Origin: a virus | Lineage: Duplodnaviria > Caudoviricetes | Strand: one strand, 5' to 3' | Length of the DNA: 54,403 nucleotides | IMG/VR virus record: IMGVR_UViG_3300013122_000005 | Coordinates: 1-54,403 of that record | Part shown: positions 28,221 to 38,432 of the stretch, piece after piece | Numbering within the stretch: the stretch's first letter is position 1 | How the letters are laid out: each line of letters starts with the position of its first letter | Notes under the pieces: model-generated | What the model saw: the letters and a program-made list of their open reading frames with translations, nothing else | The model's database searches: none | What the model was told of the DNA's origin: nothing | Program-made: the position numbers and the translations under genes

Positions 28221-30419
28221 TTATTCTATTGGAATTGATTGTTCCGAACTATTTTGATCTGGCATCCTTACATAAGGATTTATTGTTCCTGAAGATTCTT
28301 TAGGTAATCCCACTCCCTGTAATGCTTCTATTGGAACTAATGGTCTTACTTTAAATAATTTTTCTTGATTATTTCTATTGATAAGATCAGGATTTGTTTC
28401 AATCTCTTTATCTTTATTTAATACCATATTATATGATGGTTTTAAAGTACCTTTTTCAACTACTTCCATTTTCATAATTGGATTATTACCTCCAAACAAT
28501 TTCGGATTAGGAAGAAGTTCATCTTTTCCCCAAAAATTTGGTGCTTTTATAAAATAATATTCTTTTTTGCCATTTATCATGATAGGTATCTGTGCTCCAG
28601 CTTGTGGATTAATATACATATCTGCAATAACTCCTTTAGGAACATTAACTAAATTACCTTTACTACTTTTCATTATTTGTTGTACCCCTGTTGTTGTTTT
28701 AGGATATTCTACATAAGCAAAAGCTCCTGTTACATTTACACCCCCATTTTCTGGAATCACTCCCGTATTATTTATAACATATTTCGTATCACTATTAATA
28801 TCTTGTAAAGGTTTTTGTATTCCTGCCCAATCTCCACCTGGTAATAATTTAGTTGTTGGTTCTGTTAATGTTACAGAGCTATACATATTATTATTAGTTG
28901 GGTTTATATTATTTTGTATATATGATGCTAATCCGGCAACATAAATAGCTTTCCCTCTTGATTCTAAATCTGTAAGATCTGTTCTATTTGAAACACCATA
29001 TCCTGTCAATGCACCTATCAAAGGCATTCCTACCATTCCAAATCCAGTTCCCATTGCTATTTTTGTACCAATATTTTTTACATTTGATTTTGTATTTTCT
29101 GAAGGATCAACCAAATAACCATTATCATATTTCCATCCTTTATCATAAGCATCTGCCATATTTAATAAATTTAATCTTTGATCTTTAGTTAATTCTTTAT
29201 GACTCTTTTCATATTCTCGTATTTGTTTTCCTGTCGTATTTTTAGATATTGTTTCTGCATCTTGTGTAGATATTGCAAATGGAACACCTTTTAGTTGTCC
29301 TGAGAGAAAATCACCCCATTCATATTCATTTACCTTTGTTTTCCCACCATAATTACTCTTACCTAGACTTGTTACTCCATAAGTACTATTTTCAATATTT
29401 AAATAATTATTAATCATCTTTTGAAATTCTATAGTAAGATATTCATTAAAACTATGTTCTACTTCTTGTCCTTTATTATTTTTAACATATTGTCCTTCTA
29501 ACCAATATTTCTGTCTTAATTCTTCTTGTGCTTGTGGTGAAAGATTACCATAAACACTATTTGCTCTTGAATATAATGCCGCTTTATTTGTTTTCCCATA
29601 TTTAATTGATTGCATAGTTGTATAAAACTCTCCTATTCCATTTCCATGAATTTTTAGATCTCCTGTAGAACCTCCTCCTCCTTGAAATGCAGTAGATGAA
29701 TTTTTGAATAATTCTTCTATTTCTTTTTGTGATACTCCATTTACATATTTAGCTCCTAGATAAACTTGTTCTCCACCTCCATGAGTATTGTATCTATTTT
29801 CATTTAATGCTTGATCTCTAATAGTTAAAAATTTATTTCCTTTCATTAAATTATCTATCTCTGTTTTATCAGTTACATTTACTAATGTTCCTTTATCATC
29901 AATTTTTTGATAATTCCCAAATGTTTCATATCCTACTACATTATATTTACTATCTACTATTGTTCTAGTACCTGATTTTCCATCTGTAAAATAATTATCT
30001 AATGTTCCTTGTGTTTCAAAATCCTTTAAATCTTGATAATATTTTATACTTGCTTGTTTTTTATTTTCTTCTAATGCTGTATTTTCAATCTTTGCTTGTG
30101 ATATCTGAGATGATAGAGTTTGAAAATCATTCCATAATGGATGATCCTGCACATTATTTACATCAGGACTTTCATCTAACATTTTTATAAGCATACTTTG
30201 AGCTACTTTCGTTTGGGTATTAATAATTTTATCATTACCTAATTGTTCTTTTGTATCAGCATATAGATATGGTGTTTTATCTTCACTATCTTTTTTACTT
30301 TTATCTGAACTAGTATTTGTTGAAGGTATTCTTGATTTTGGTATTTCTAATGGTGTTGTAGGTAGAGTAGGTGCCATTAATATATTAGGCATTCCTCCTA
30401 CATATCGTTCTCTAAACAT
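28221..30419 (-). CDS. Putative virion cargo/ejection protein
   Basis: Lies between the muzzle/cargo genes and the RNAP. Carries a Gly-zipper hydrophobic segment IAMGTGFGMVGMPLIGALTGYGV. Confidence 0.55.
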   Translation of the reverse strand: MFRERYVGGMPNILMAPTLPTTPLEIPKSRIPSTNTSSDKSKKDSEDKTPYLYADTKEQLGNDKIINTQTKVAQSMLIKMLDESPDVNNVQDHPLWNDFQTLSSQISQAKIENTALEENKKQASIKYYQDLKDFETQGTLDNYFTDGKSGTRTIVDSKYNVVGYETFGNYQKIDDKGTLVNVTDKTEIDNLMKGNKFLTIRDQALNENRYNTHGGGEQVYLGAKYVNGVSQKEIEELFKNSSTAFQGGGGSTGDLKIHGNGIGEFYTTMQSIKYGKTNKAALYSRANSVYGNLSPQAQEELRQKYWLEGQYVKNNKGQEVEHSFNEYLTIEFQKMINNYLNIENSTYGVTSLGKSNYGGKTKVNEYEWGDFLSGQLKGVPFAISTQDAETISKNTTGKQIREYEKSHKELTKDQRLNLLNMADAYDKGWKYDNGYLVDPSENTKSNVKNIGTKIAMGTGFGMVGMPLIGALTGYGVSNRTDLTDLESRGKAIYVAGLASYIQNNINPTNNNMYSSVTLTEPTTKLLPGGDWAGIQKPLQDINSDTKYVINNTGVIPENGGVNVTGAFAYVEYPKTTTGVQQIMKSSKGNLVNVPKGVIADMYINPQAGAQIPIMINGKKEYYFIKAPNFWGKDELLPNPKLFGGNNPIMKMEVVEKGTLKPSYNMVLNKDKEIETNPDLINRNNQEKLFKVRPLVPIEALQGVGLPKESSGTINPYVRMPDQNSSEQSIPIE

Positions 30420-30420
30420 A

Positions 30421-31494
30421 TTATTCTGGATTTAATGAATTATAAGCTATAGCATATCTTTTTAATCTTGCTTCTTCTTTCGATTTTGCAATATCAGTTT
30501 TCATATTAGCATAATTAGTAAGTATCTGAGAAAGATTGCTTATACTTTTAGCTTTTTCTGTTTGAGCCAAAGCATTATATTGTCCTTGTGTTTGTAATCG
30601 TAACATTTCTGCTGCTGCTCTTGCTGTATTTGTCGCATTTGTTGCTGTTGTATTTGCTTCTGATTGTTTATTTAATCTTTCTCCTTCTGTTGTACTTATA
30701 AGTATTTGATTTTTTAATCTCTGATCTGCTATATTGGCTTGTACTGAAGGCATCATATTTGCAGCATTAGGACCATATCCTGCCATTCTTGAACCTATAG
30801 TATATGCTGTTCTTAATCCTCTATTCATCTCTGCTGTCATAGGACCTACCATAGATACTGATTGTGGTGCTTGAGTTGTTACATAAGGAAATGATGATAC
30901 TATATAATTACCTTGTAAAGGTGGTAATTGTAAAGCAGCTTCTGCTCCATATATCGCAGCGTTTCTTCTTGCTATAGCATCCATTTCATTGTCAAAATTA
31001 TTATTATTTATGAATTTATTTAAATTTGTTGTAGTAGTTTCATTATCTCCTTTTTCTAAAACATTTCCAATATCTTTTAATACTCCTTCTTTAACAGTCA
31101 CAGTAGCAGTTGGATCGAAAGTAGAATTATTCATGTAATCAATATAAGATTTTATCTGTTCAGGAGTAATTCCTTTTAAAAAATCTATACCTTTTCCCCA
31201 TCCTGTTGGTAATACAGTTTCTCCTTTTGTAGGTGTTCCCATATCTTCAAACCAATTAGGATTAGATTCATCTAGTAATTGCATTTTAGTAGGAGAATTA
31301 TCTGCAACTATATTATCTGCTCCTTGGTAAGGATCTGGTTTTGTCTTATAATCACTTCTATCTTGTAACCATTCATCAAAAGTTGGATTTATTGAATAAC
31401 CTCCTTCTGCCATATCTTTTTCATATAACCTTTTTAATCTTTTTCTAGGATCGCCATTATTTAGACTATTTCCTATTGTATATAATTGTGCCAT
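30421..31494 (-). CDS. Putative cargo protein (C1/gp45-like position), Ala/Asn/Gln-rich helical C-terminus
   Basis: The ORF track starts at 31524, but ATG at 31494 (MAQLY) removes the overlap with the upstream gene. C-terminal ANTTATNATNTARAAAE composition is typical of ejection proteins. Confidence 0.55.
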   Translation of the reverse strand: MAQLYTIGNSLNNGDPRKRLKRLYEKDMAEGGYSINPTFDEWLQDRSDYKTKPDPYQGADNIVADNSPTKMQLLDESNPNWFEDMGTPTKGETVLPTGWGKGIDFLKGITPEQIKSYIDYMNNSTFDPTATVTVKEGVLKDIGNVLEKGDNETTTTNLNKFINNNNFDNEMDAIARRNAAIYGAEAALQLPPLQGNYIVSSFPYVTTQAPQSVSMVGPMTAEMNRGLRTAYTIGSRMAGYGPNAANMMPSVQANIADQRLKNQILISTTEGERLNKQSEANTTATNATNTARAAAEMLRLQTQGQYNALAQTEKAKSISNLSQILTNYANMKTDIAKSKEEARLKRYAIAYNSLNPE

Positions 31495-31498
31495 ATAT

Positions 31499-32113
31499 TT
31501 AATATTTAAATTGTTTATAATCATCCATTACACCAAAACCTGATTTTGCTCCTATAATCATATTATTTTGCCAATTACTAAATTGACCAGATATTAAATT
31601 TGAATTAGTAGGTAATGTGTATTTATTATTAGATGTCAAAATATCTAAATTTTTAATTTCATTATTTATTCCTTTTTCAAATCCTGTACCTAAATTATTT
31701 AATGTTGGTTCTAATTCTCCATTTAGACCTTTTGTTAATGAACTACCAATACTACCTATTTCAGAAGGTTGTTTTAATCCACTTTGTAATGAACTACCAA
31801 TAGATTTTAATTGTCCATCTTTTTCTGGTAATTTAAATCCTGCTCCAGATATAACACTTCCTGCAGTTGAATATACTTTTCCCAATCCTGTCATAAAATT
31901 ACTAAACTTATTAGGAAATTCTTTATATGTTCCAACCACTTCAGGTTGGTTTTTAGGTGTTCCAATGTATGAATCTAAATTGTTATTATTTGTATTCCAT
32001 TGTAAAGAACTTTTATAAATAGGTTTCTTATGAAGTAATGCTCCTTCTGCCTGAAAAGCAGCACCCATTATATTCATACCTGTTCCTATTAAACTTATTG
32101 GATCCATTGCCAT
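31499..32113 (-). CDS. Putative small ejection/pilot protein
   Basis: N-terminal MDPISLIGTGMNIMGAAF Gly-rich amphipathic segment, internal SIGSSL repeats, directly after the muzzle gene. Confidence 0.55.
   Translation of the reverse strand: MAMDPISLIGTGMNIMGAAFQAEGALLHKKPIYKSSLQWNTNNNNLDSYIGTPKNQPEVVGTYKEFPNKFSNFMTGLGKVYSTAGSVISGAGFKLPEKDGQLKSIGSSLQSGLKQPSEIGSIGSSLTKGLNGELEPTLNNLGTGFEKGINNEIKNLDILTSNNKYTLPTNSNLISGQFSNWQNNMIIGAKSGFGVMDDYKQFKY
31736..31802 (+). repeat. 16-bp direct repeat taatgaactaccaata (31736-31751 and 31787-31802), coding repeat IGSSL
   Basis: Exact 16-mer twice, 51 nt apart (17-aa period). Confidence 0.8.
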
Positions 32114-32117
32114 ATTA

Positions 32118-35100
32118 TTACGTTTTTGAAGGTATATAACTTGTTATTGCATTTTTAATAAATATCTTATCTGTTCCTAAATATTCAAGTGTTGTTTTCA
32201 TCCACGTTCCTCTCATATTTGTATTTGGTTCAAAAGCATCATTAGCAATACTTGTTTGTAAAGATATAGGAAATTTCCATTTATGTTCTAAATATTCAGG
32301 AGACTGCCAATATTCTATTGCCATTAATGCCCAATTATGTATTGAAGTTTGATATTCAGTTGTATATGTTACTGTATTGAGTAAATGATGACTCATTTCT
32401 ATTTCATTATTAAGAAATAGTTTATTAGTCAATATCCCTCCTGCTACTCCTGAACCATTTATAATATATGATAATTGAAAAGGATATTCATTATTATAAA
32501 ATGTTAATGATGGTGCTGTTTCAATATTATGTAAATAGACTAATTCTGATGTCGGTTGAGATACTAAATCAAAAATAGGTCTTTGTGAATACATATCATT
32601 ATTAATATTCAAATAAAATGGAGATGCAATAGAATACTGTCCTGTAAAAGCATTTATCTTTTCATTATATACTAATGTTTTTGATACGATTGATGTATGA
32701 CTTATTCGATGTACCGTAAAGTATATCTCATTAAATTTTCTATCTACTCCCGATACAATACCTGTATAATTTACAGGATTATCAGGAAATATTGCCATGA
32801 TATCTGACTTAGGATCAATAGAATCTTCCATATCATATATCCATTCTTCAATCAATTTAGACATTGATATTGATTCTGACATAATTCCTGTTTGTCCTCC
32901 TACTGTTCCGGTGCTTATTTTAATAATAGTCCTTTTATCCCAATCCCATGAATATAACCCCATAGTACCTTTTACTACACTCCATTGATGTTTGGTGCCA
33001 TATTCTCCTTTTCGTGATACTTGTTGAGATAAAATAGGTCCCGTACCTAATATAAGATCTCCTGATATAGTAGGTGTCTTAAGTTGTTGTTCGTTACTAT
33101 AATGTTGATTTATAGTTCCCTCCTGATAAGAGATAAGAGTATCATCTATTACCTGGAGTGAATGGATCTGTCCATAACGTAAATCATAATCTTTAAAAGA
33201 ACTTACATCCCATAATCTATAACCATCTATATAAGAATAAGGAACATGATAATTACTATGTCTTATTCTTGTAGGTTTTTTATTTATATGATAAGGAAGT
33301 AAATCATTATACCCCATAAATTCCTTTTGTCCCAATTGTGCATTATGTCCTGAATTTAAAAGATTCGATTCTGTAATTATTTGTGGAGGTGTTATTGCAT
33401 AATCCCATAAAGAAGCATGTGGATAATAATCATAACTATTCGTAGAATATCTCATTGCAGTATTAATAACATTTTCTGTTATGATACCTATAATAGTTCC
33501 ATAAGTATGTCTTGTACTTGACCCTGTATCAGGATAATCCCATGCTGCAGTATCACTCCCCGTATATAGACAACCTACACTATTACCATTTGGAGCACCT
33601 TTTAATCCTTCTGAACAATTCCATGATACTTGTTTAAAATATGTTCTTTGAAGATAACAATCGCCTTTATAATAGGTATAAGTATTATTTAATAATGGTG
33701 TTCCGCTATCAGAAAATAATTTTATTCCTTGTGATAAACGATAAAATGGTACAGAAGAATAACTTGATAAATCATATCCCCAATTAGAAACTATATTTAT
33801 AGTTGTAGGATTTGATATATAAACATTACAAATACTGTGATTGTAATCATTTATCATATAATCTATTGATGTATCTTGTATTGCTTGATATGGACATGTT
33901 TGTATTGAACGATTAGACCAATATTGTTTTTGCGTATTTAATTTTTGTATATTGTAAATACAATCACTACTTCCTGTAAATTCATCTTCCCATATATCTT
34001 TGGCTGCATTGACATAATTTTCTGTATTTAATGTAATAGGCCCTGATGGATATATAGAATCTACTCCTTTACCAATATTAGCATTTTGATTAAGAGTATT
34101 CATTTCTATTAATGGTATCGCAGAATTTAAATATGTAGTTTCTGCAAGTAATGTTTTAGGATAAACATCATTAATAGAACCTGGTACTTCTCCCCAAGGT
34201 GTTAATAATGGTCCTACATTATGATCATAAAATGTTATATCTGATACTTTATGAAGATAATTGCAATTTGTAAAATCTGCTGAAATATTATAAATATCAT
34301 CAGGAGAATAAAATGCATAATGTTTACTATATAGAGGCCATCTTGATACATAATTTGCAATATGATCGGGTGCGGTTTGTCCTACCGGATCTCCATCTAA
34401 TGTATACATCATAGCAACATTCCCTCTATAGATTGGTATAAGAGGTTTATTTATATGATATGTTTCCGAAGCTCCATGTTCCCAATTATTATTTGATCCT
34501 CCTGTAGCATTACATATCCAATTCCACCATGGACTTGAAATTGGACCACTACCGCCAGCATAAAAGGAATATTTAGCCGGTACCTGGCCCATATGATGAC
34601 CAAAATTATAAAAACTTGAATCTGACCATGGAGGTCTAAAAAATGGATATCCTTGAAAATAAGAATTACAATTATTAGTTATTATTTCATCATTTGTATC
34701 ATCTGTGTATGGTTTACATACATTCATCATCAATCCCTGATACTTTAGATTAACATCTCTATTACTTCTCATAAAGTAAATAGCACGTACATTCTTCTTC
34801 ATCCACGTCAATGCTGTTGAAGGTATACTAAGAAATAAATTAGCAGTAGTCATATCAAAGGTTATTCCCATAATCCTAAGATGTCCTGTTCCATCTAATA
34901 CTACCGATGTTGATTGAGCAGGAAAACGATATAATCCTAAATTATTTGTAGTTCCTGTAAGTTCATCATATCCTTTTACAGGAAATGCTTCTGTCAAAGT
35001 ACCACTATTTAATTCATAAGTTATAGCAAAAGGATATGTTTCAATTCTAAAATATCCTGCATCGTAATATGTTTTAAAATAATCTTTATATTGTCCTTTC

Positions 35101-36377
35101 CTATTATTAATAGGTATAGGAGATGCGATAGATCCTCCTTCATTATTAAAATAACTTGTTCCATCTATTGCAAGACTATCATCATATTTAAGTGTAATAA
35201 GTTGAGCAAATTCTTTTAAAACAGCATAATCTATATCTATATCTTTCCAGTTTGCTCCCCAGCTCATATTATTAAGATGATTGAGTGTTTTACATGTAAC
35301 CTCTACTGATTTATTCTTTATAATCTCAGCAGGATCTAAAGGAATAACTGATTCATGTCCTGTTATAGTTATTTCTGTTATTCCTACAGTAGAAAACTTT
35401 TTATCTATAAGAAATGTTTCAGATAACTGTACTCCTGTATAATCTGAATAATATCGAGTATAAGCAACCTGAATATAAGGATATGTTGGATCAATATTAC
35501 TTATATTAAATATTACTTGTTTGTCTGAATCTTCATCCCATTTTCCTCCCTCTACATTACGTAATTGTAATAAATCATTCTTAAATATTTGACATGCATT
35601 ACTTTCTGTTATAAAAGCTGTTGCATCAAAGTTAAGTGTAAGATATTGAAAATAAAAAATGATATTACCATATTTAAAACTTCCTCCGGAACTGATTTCT
35701 TTTAATTCTACAGTAAGAACATTACCGGTAGACAGTATCATATTCATTGAAGTAAAAAAATCAGTCTCATTATACAATCTATGATTAAGAAAACCATCCT
35801 GATTAAATCCACTATTTACTACTCTATTTGGATTCTTATAATCACAAAAATAAAGATTTACTGAACCATCATAATCTTCTCGGGCAAATACACTAATCTG
35901 ATGTTGACTATCCCATTCGAATAAATCCGTATTTAATGATGTACGTAATGAATTTACATCATAAGGTGGCATAGTAGTAGAAGGACTTACATAATTATTT
36001 AATGGTCTATATACTCTTTCAAATGAAGGTACAGGAAGTATTGATGGAGGACCACTATAATCTAAAGTATTTGGCGATGGATAACATCCTATCTCACATA
36101 ATAAAGACGATTCATTAAAAGAAAATATATACGCAATACCATTATATTCACAAGCACCTATAATCTTATATTGAGATTTAATAAAAAATGCTTCTCCTTC
36201 AGGATGTGTTCCATCAATAAGAGTATTACCATCAAGATTAGTAGCAATATATCCCTGTCCTTCTTTATTAAATATTCTCATATTCAAAGTAGGAAAATCC
36301 CATGACTGATTATCTCTTTTTGAATAATCAAGATCTGATGATATACCTTTATGAAATATGTTTACCTGTTCTGCCAT
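32118..36377 (-). CDS. Tail stabilization/muzzle protein (P22 gp10-like; crAss001 gp44-like)
   Basis: 1419 aa, beta-rich. N-terminal FHKGISSD, YFCDYKNPNRVVN, C-terminal KTLVYNEKINAFTGQYS and MRGTWMK motifs recalled as typical of crAss muzzle proteins. Position between ring and cargo genes. Confidence 0.8.
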   Translation of the reverse strand: MAEQVNIFHKGISSDLDYSKRDNQSWDFPTLNMRIFNKEGQGYIATNLDGNTLIDGTHPEGEAFFIKSQYKIIGACEYNGIAYIFSFNESSLLCEIGCYPSPNTLDYSGPPSILPVPSFERVYRPLNNYVSPSTTMPPYDVNSLRTSLNTDLFEWDSQHQISVFAREDYDGSVNLYFCDYKNPNRVVNSGFNQDGFLNHRLYNETDFFTSMNMILSTGNVLTVELKEISSGGSFKYGNIIFYFQYLTLNFDATAFITESNACQIFKNDLLQLRNVEGGKWDEDSDKQVIFNISNIDPTYPYIQVAYTRYYSDYTGVQLSETFLIDKKFSTVGITEITITGHESVIPLDPAEIIKNKSVEVTCKTLNHLNNMSWGANWKDIDIDYAVLKEFAQLITLKYDDSLAIDGTSYFNNEGGSIASPIPINNRKGQYKDYFKTYYDAGYFRIETYPFAITYELNSGTLTEAFPVKGYDELTGTTNNLGLYRFPAQSTSVVLDGTGHLRIMGITFDMTTANLFLSIPSTALTWMKKNVRAIYFMRSNRDVNLKYQGLMMNVCKPYTDDTNDEIITNNCNSYFQGYPFFRPPWSDSSFYNFGHHMGQVPAKYSFYAGGSGPISSPWWNWICNATGGSNNNWEHGASETYHINKPLIPIYRGNVAMMYTLDGDPVGQTAPDHIANYVSRWPLYSKHYAFYSPDDIYNISADFTNCNYLHKVSDITFYDHNVGPLLTPWGEVPGSINDVYPKTLLAETTYLNSAIPLIEMNTLNQNANIGKGVDSIYPSGPITLNTENYVNAAKDIWEDEFTGSSDCIYNIQKLNTQKQYWSNRSIQTCPYQAIQDTSIDYMINDYNHSICNVYISNPTTINIVSNWGYDLSSYSSVPFYRLSQGIKLFSDSGTPLLNNTYTYYKGDCYLQRTYFKQVSWNCSEGLKGAPNGNSVGCLYTGSDTAAWDYPDTGSSTRHTYGTIIGIITENVINTAMRYSTNSYDYYPHASLWDYAITPPQIITESNLLNSGHNAQLGQKEFMGYNDLLPYHINKKPTRIRHSNYHVPYSYIDGYRLWDVSSFKDYDLRYGQIHSLQVIDDTLISYQEGTINQHYSNEQQLKTPTISGDLILGTGPILSQQVSRKGEYGTKHQWSVVKGTMGLYSWDWDKRTIIKISTGTVGGQTGIMSESISMSKLIEEWIYDMEDSIDPKSDIMAIFPDNPVNYTGIVSGVDRKFNEIYFTVHRISHTSIVSKTLVYNEKINAFTGQYSIASPFYLNINNDMYSQRPIFDLVSQPTSELVYLHNIETAPSLTFYNNEYPFQLSYIINGSGVAGGILTNKLFLNNEIEMSHHLLNTVTYTTEYQTSIHNWALMAIEYWQSPEYLEHKWKFPISLQTSIANDAFEPNTNMRGTWMKTTLEYLGTDKIFIKNAITSYIPSKT

Positions 36378-37771
36378 TATTTTTTATTTTGAGATGCTCC
36401 TATTATAGTTCCTAATCCAATAGGATATAATGATGGTATTTTATTTGCCATTTCAGCTAAAAATTCTCGAGACCAATAGTGAGTTAAATCATAACTATCT
36501 GGATGTACATACCATGGTTTTCGTTTCTCATTCATTAATGTATATATATGATCAGATTTTGTTTTATTCATAAAATAATCATTAATATTTGCATTTTTAA
36601 TATCTTCTTTTAATCCTCTTATTCTAACTTCAAATTCTGTAGGATTTGAATAATAATTTGATAAATTATATGTTTTAGATAAATCATTATATAAATCTTT
36701 TGCTGTTAAGTATCGATTAATATTTTTAGGATTTAATAATTCTTCTTGAGTAATATAATTTGGCAATAATTCTTCTGAATTAGTTCTTTGATGACCTAAT
36801 TCATGTTCGGTTGCATAAAGGGATTGAACATAAGATTTTCCTGAATGTCCAACTTCTCGTAAACCTTTATTATCTGCTGTATTTGCATATTTTAATTTAA
36901 TTTTTAATGAAGGATTTGCACCTGGCATTATAGCCCCATCAAAACTTTGTTTTGGATAATAAACTCCTGATGCATCAAAATTTTTTGCGAGGTCTTCGTT
37001 ATATACTATTGGATGTTCAAGATTTTCTAATGTTTTTTGTTTATACATTTCAATATCAACATCAGGATTATGTTCGTTCATTATTCTCTTAAATTCTGGA
37101 CTATCATAATACCTTTTTAAATTTGCAATATATTCATCCTGAACAGAATTTCCACTTATTTTATTATATGGTCTTGTTGTTTCATTACCTATTACCCACT
37201 TAAAATCATTATTCGGATTTTTATAATGCGGTATAAGAGTATTTTTTGTATTTTTCATTCCACTTAGAGGATTTACCATATCCACTCCCGTACCTACTAC
37301 ATTACCCACTTCTTCTCCTAACAACTTACCAAATATATTCTGTGTAGGTTTTAATAGTCCGGGTAATATAAACGTACTGGCTATCATCTCAGGTGTATAA
37401 TCTTGACTGATCATACCTCCCTGTGGTATCTTACTCTTATTAGTAATCTGTTGTTGAGTCCAATTATATTGTTGTCTCTGTTTATTCAATTCAATCTCTT
37501 TTTGTAAATCAGGATTATTAGTAATATATTTTGGTATAACATCTGTATTATGCAATGCATATCTGTTACTATCAGTAGTACCTTGTTCTGAAGATAGATT
37601 TTTCAAAGGAGTACTCATCTTCTGTTCTATTATAGGAGTATATTCCGGAATAACAGGTAATGTTTTGGTGTCAATAGAAGATACAGAAGTTGTTTTGTAT
37701 TTCTTTGGTGCTAAAGAACCACCTGCTCCTTGAATCTTACTAAAATTAAACCATGTATTATTGTATGTCAT
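36377..37771 (-). CDS. Zincin-like (HExxH) metallopeptidase-domain protein, probable cargo
   Basis: HELGH (36791-36805)...YYSNPTEFEVR, low-complexity N-terminus and hydrophobic C-terminal tail LYPIGLGTIIGA. Its stop overlaps the muzzle start (TAATG). Confidence 0.6.
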   Translation of the reverse strand: MTYNNTWFNFSKIQGAGGSLAPKKYKTTSVSSIDTKTLPVIPEYTPIIEQKMSTPLKNLSSEQGTTDSNRYALHNTDVIPKYITNNPDLQKEIELNKQRQQYNWTQQQITNKSKIPQGGMISQDYTPEMIASTFILPGLLKPTQNIFGKLLGEEVGNVVGTGVDMVNPLSGMKNTKNTLIPHYKNPNNDFKWVIGNETTRPYNKISGNSVQDEYIANLKRYYDSPEFKRIMNEHNPDVDIEMYKQKTLENLEHPIVYNEDLAKNFDASGVYYPKQSFDGAIMPGANPSLKIKLKYANTADNKGLREVGHSGKSYVQSLYATEHELGHQRTNSEELLPNYITQEELLNPKNINRYLTAKDLYNDLSKTYNLSNYYSNPTEFEVRIRGLKEDIKNANINDYFMNKTKSDHIYTLMNEKRKPWYVHPDSYDLTHYWSREFLAEMANKIPSLYPIGLGTIIGASQNKK

Positions 37772-37775
37772 AATT

Positions 37776-38432
37776 TTATATTATATCATTACTATCTTGT
37801 TGGATAAACATTGTATGAGCTAAAGGTAAGTGTCCTATTCTTGAAATCATATTACCATGAATAATTGCTATATCATTTACCTGTGCTCTATCTTTATGCA
37901 TATAATTTTGTTTGGTTGCGGTTATCATACCGCCCAACTGTGTAGTCCAATACTGATACATAGAAGCAGATATTTTTTGCAATAAAATATCTTCTTCAAA
38001 TGCCTTTATTTTACAGTAATTTTCACATACAAATTCATGAGATCTTAAACATAAAGGTATACCGGTTTCCAAATCAATAGCATTTCCTTTATAATTAATA
38101 TATATTGTGGTATCATCAGTAATAGTATTTCCATTCATGTCCATAAGGCCATAAAGATTCTTTCCATTGCTCTGATATAATATTCTATTTTCTGATGAAT
38201 CGTATACATCTAAAAGACGATATACATTACATGGTAGTGTTAATATTCCATTGCACAACACAATATCTACCCTATCATAAGTTACCATGTTTTCTACATC
38301 TGCTAGTACTTCTAATTCAACTTCTTGACACCATACAAGTACATCATCATCATTAAATTGTTTCTGCTTAAACTGTCTCGCAAGACGGTTTTTTATATAC
38401 AGATGATCGAAATATTTTTGATTGTATATCAT
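37776..38432 (-). CDS. Tail tubular/ring protein (P22 gp4-like; crAss001 gp43/R1-like)
   Basis: 218 aa, LPCNVYRL...IYINYKG...GIPL pattern, between the IHF-like gene and the muzzle. Confidence 0.7.
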   Translation of the reverse strand: MIYNQKYFDHLYIKNRLARQFKQKQFNDDDVLVWCQEVELEVLADVENMVTYDRVDIVLCNGILTLPCNVYRLLDVYDSSENRILYQSNGKNLYGLMDMNGNTITDDTTIYINYKGNAIDLETGIPLCLRSHEFVCENYCKIKAFEEDILLQKISASMYQYWTTQLGGMITATKQNYMHKDRAQVNDIAIIHGNMISRIGHLPLAHTMFIQQDSNDII

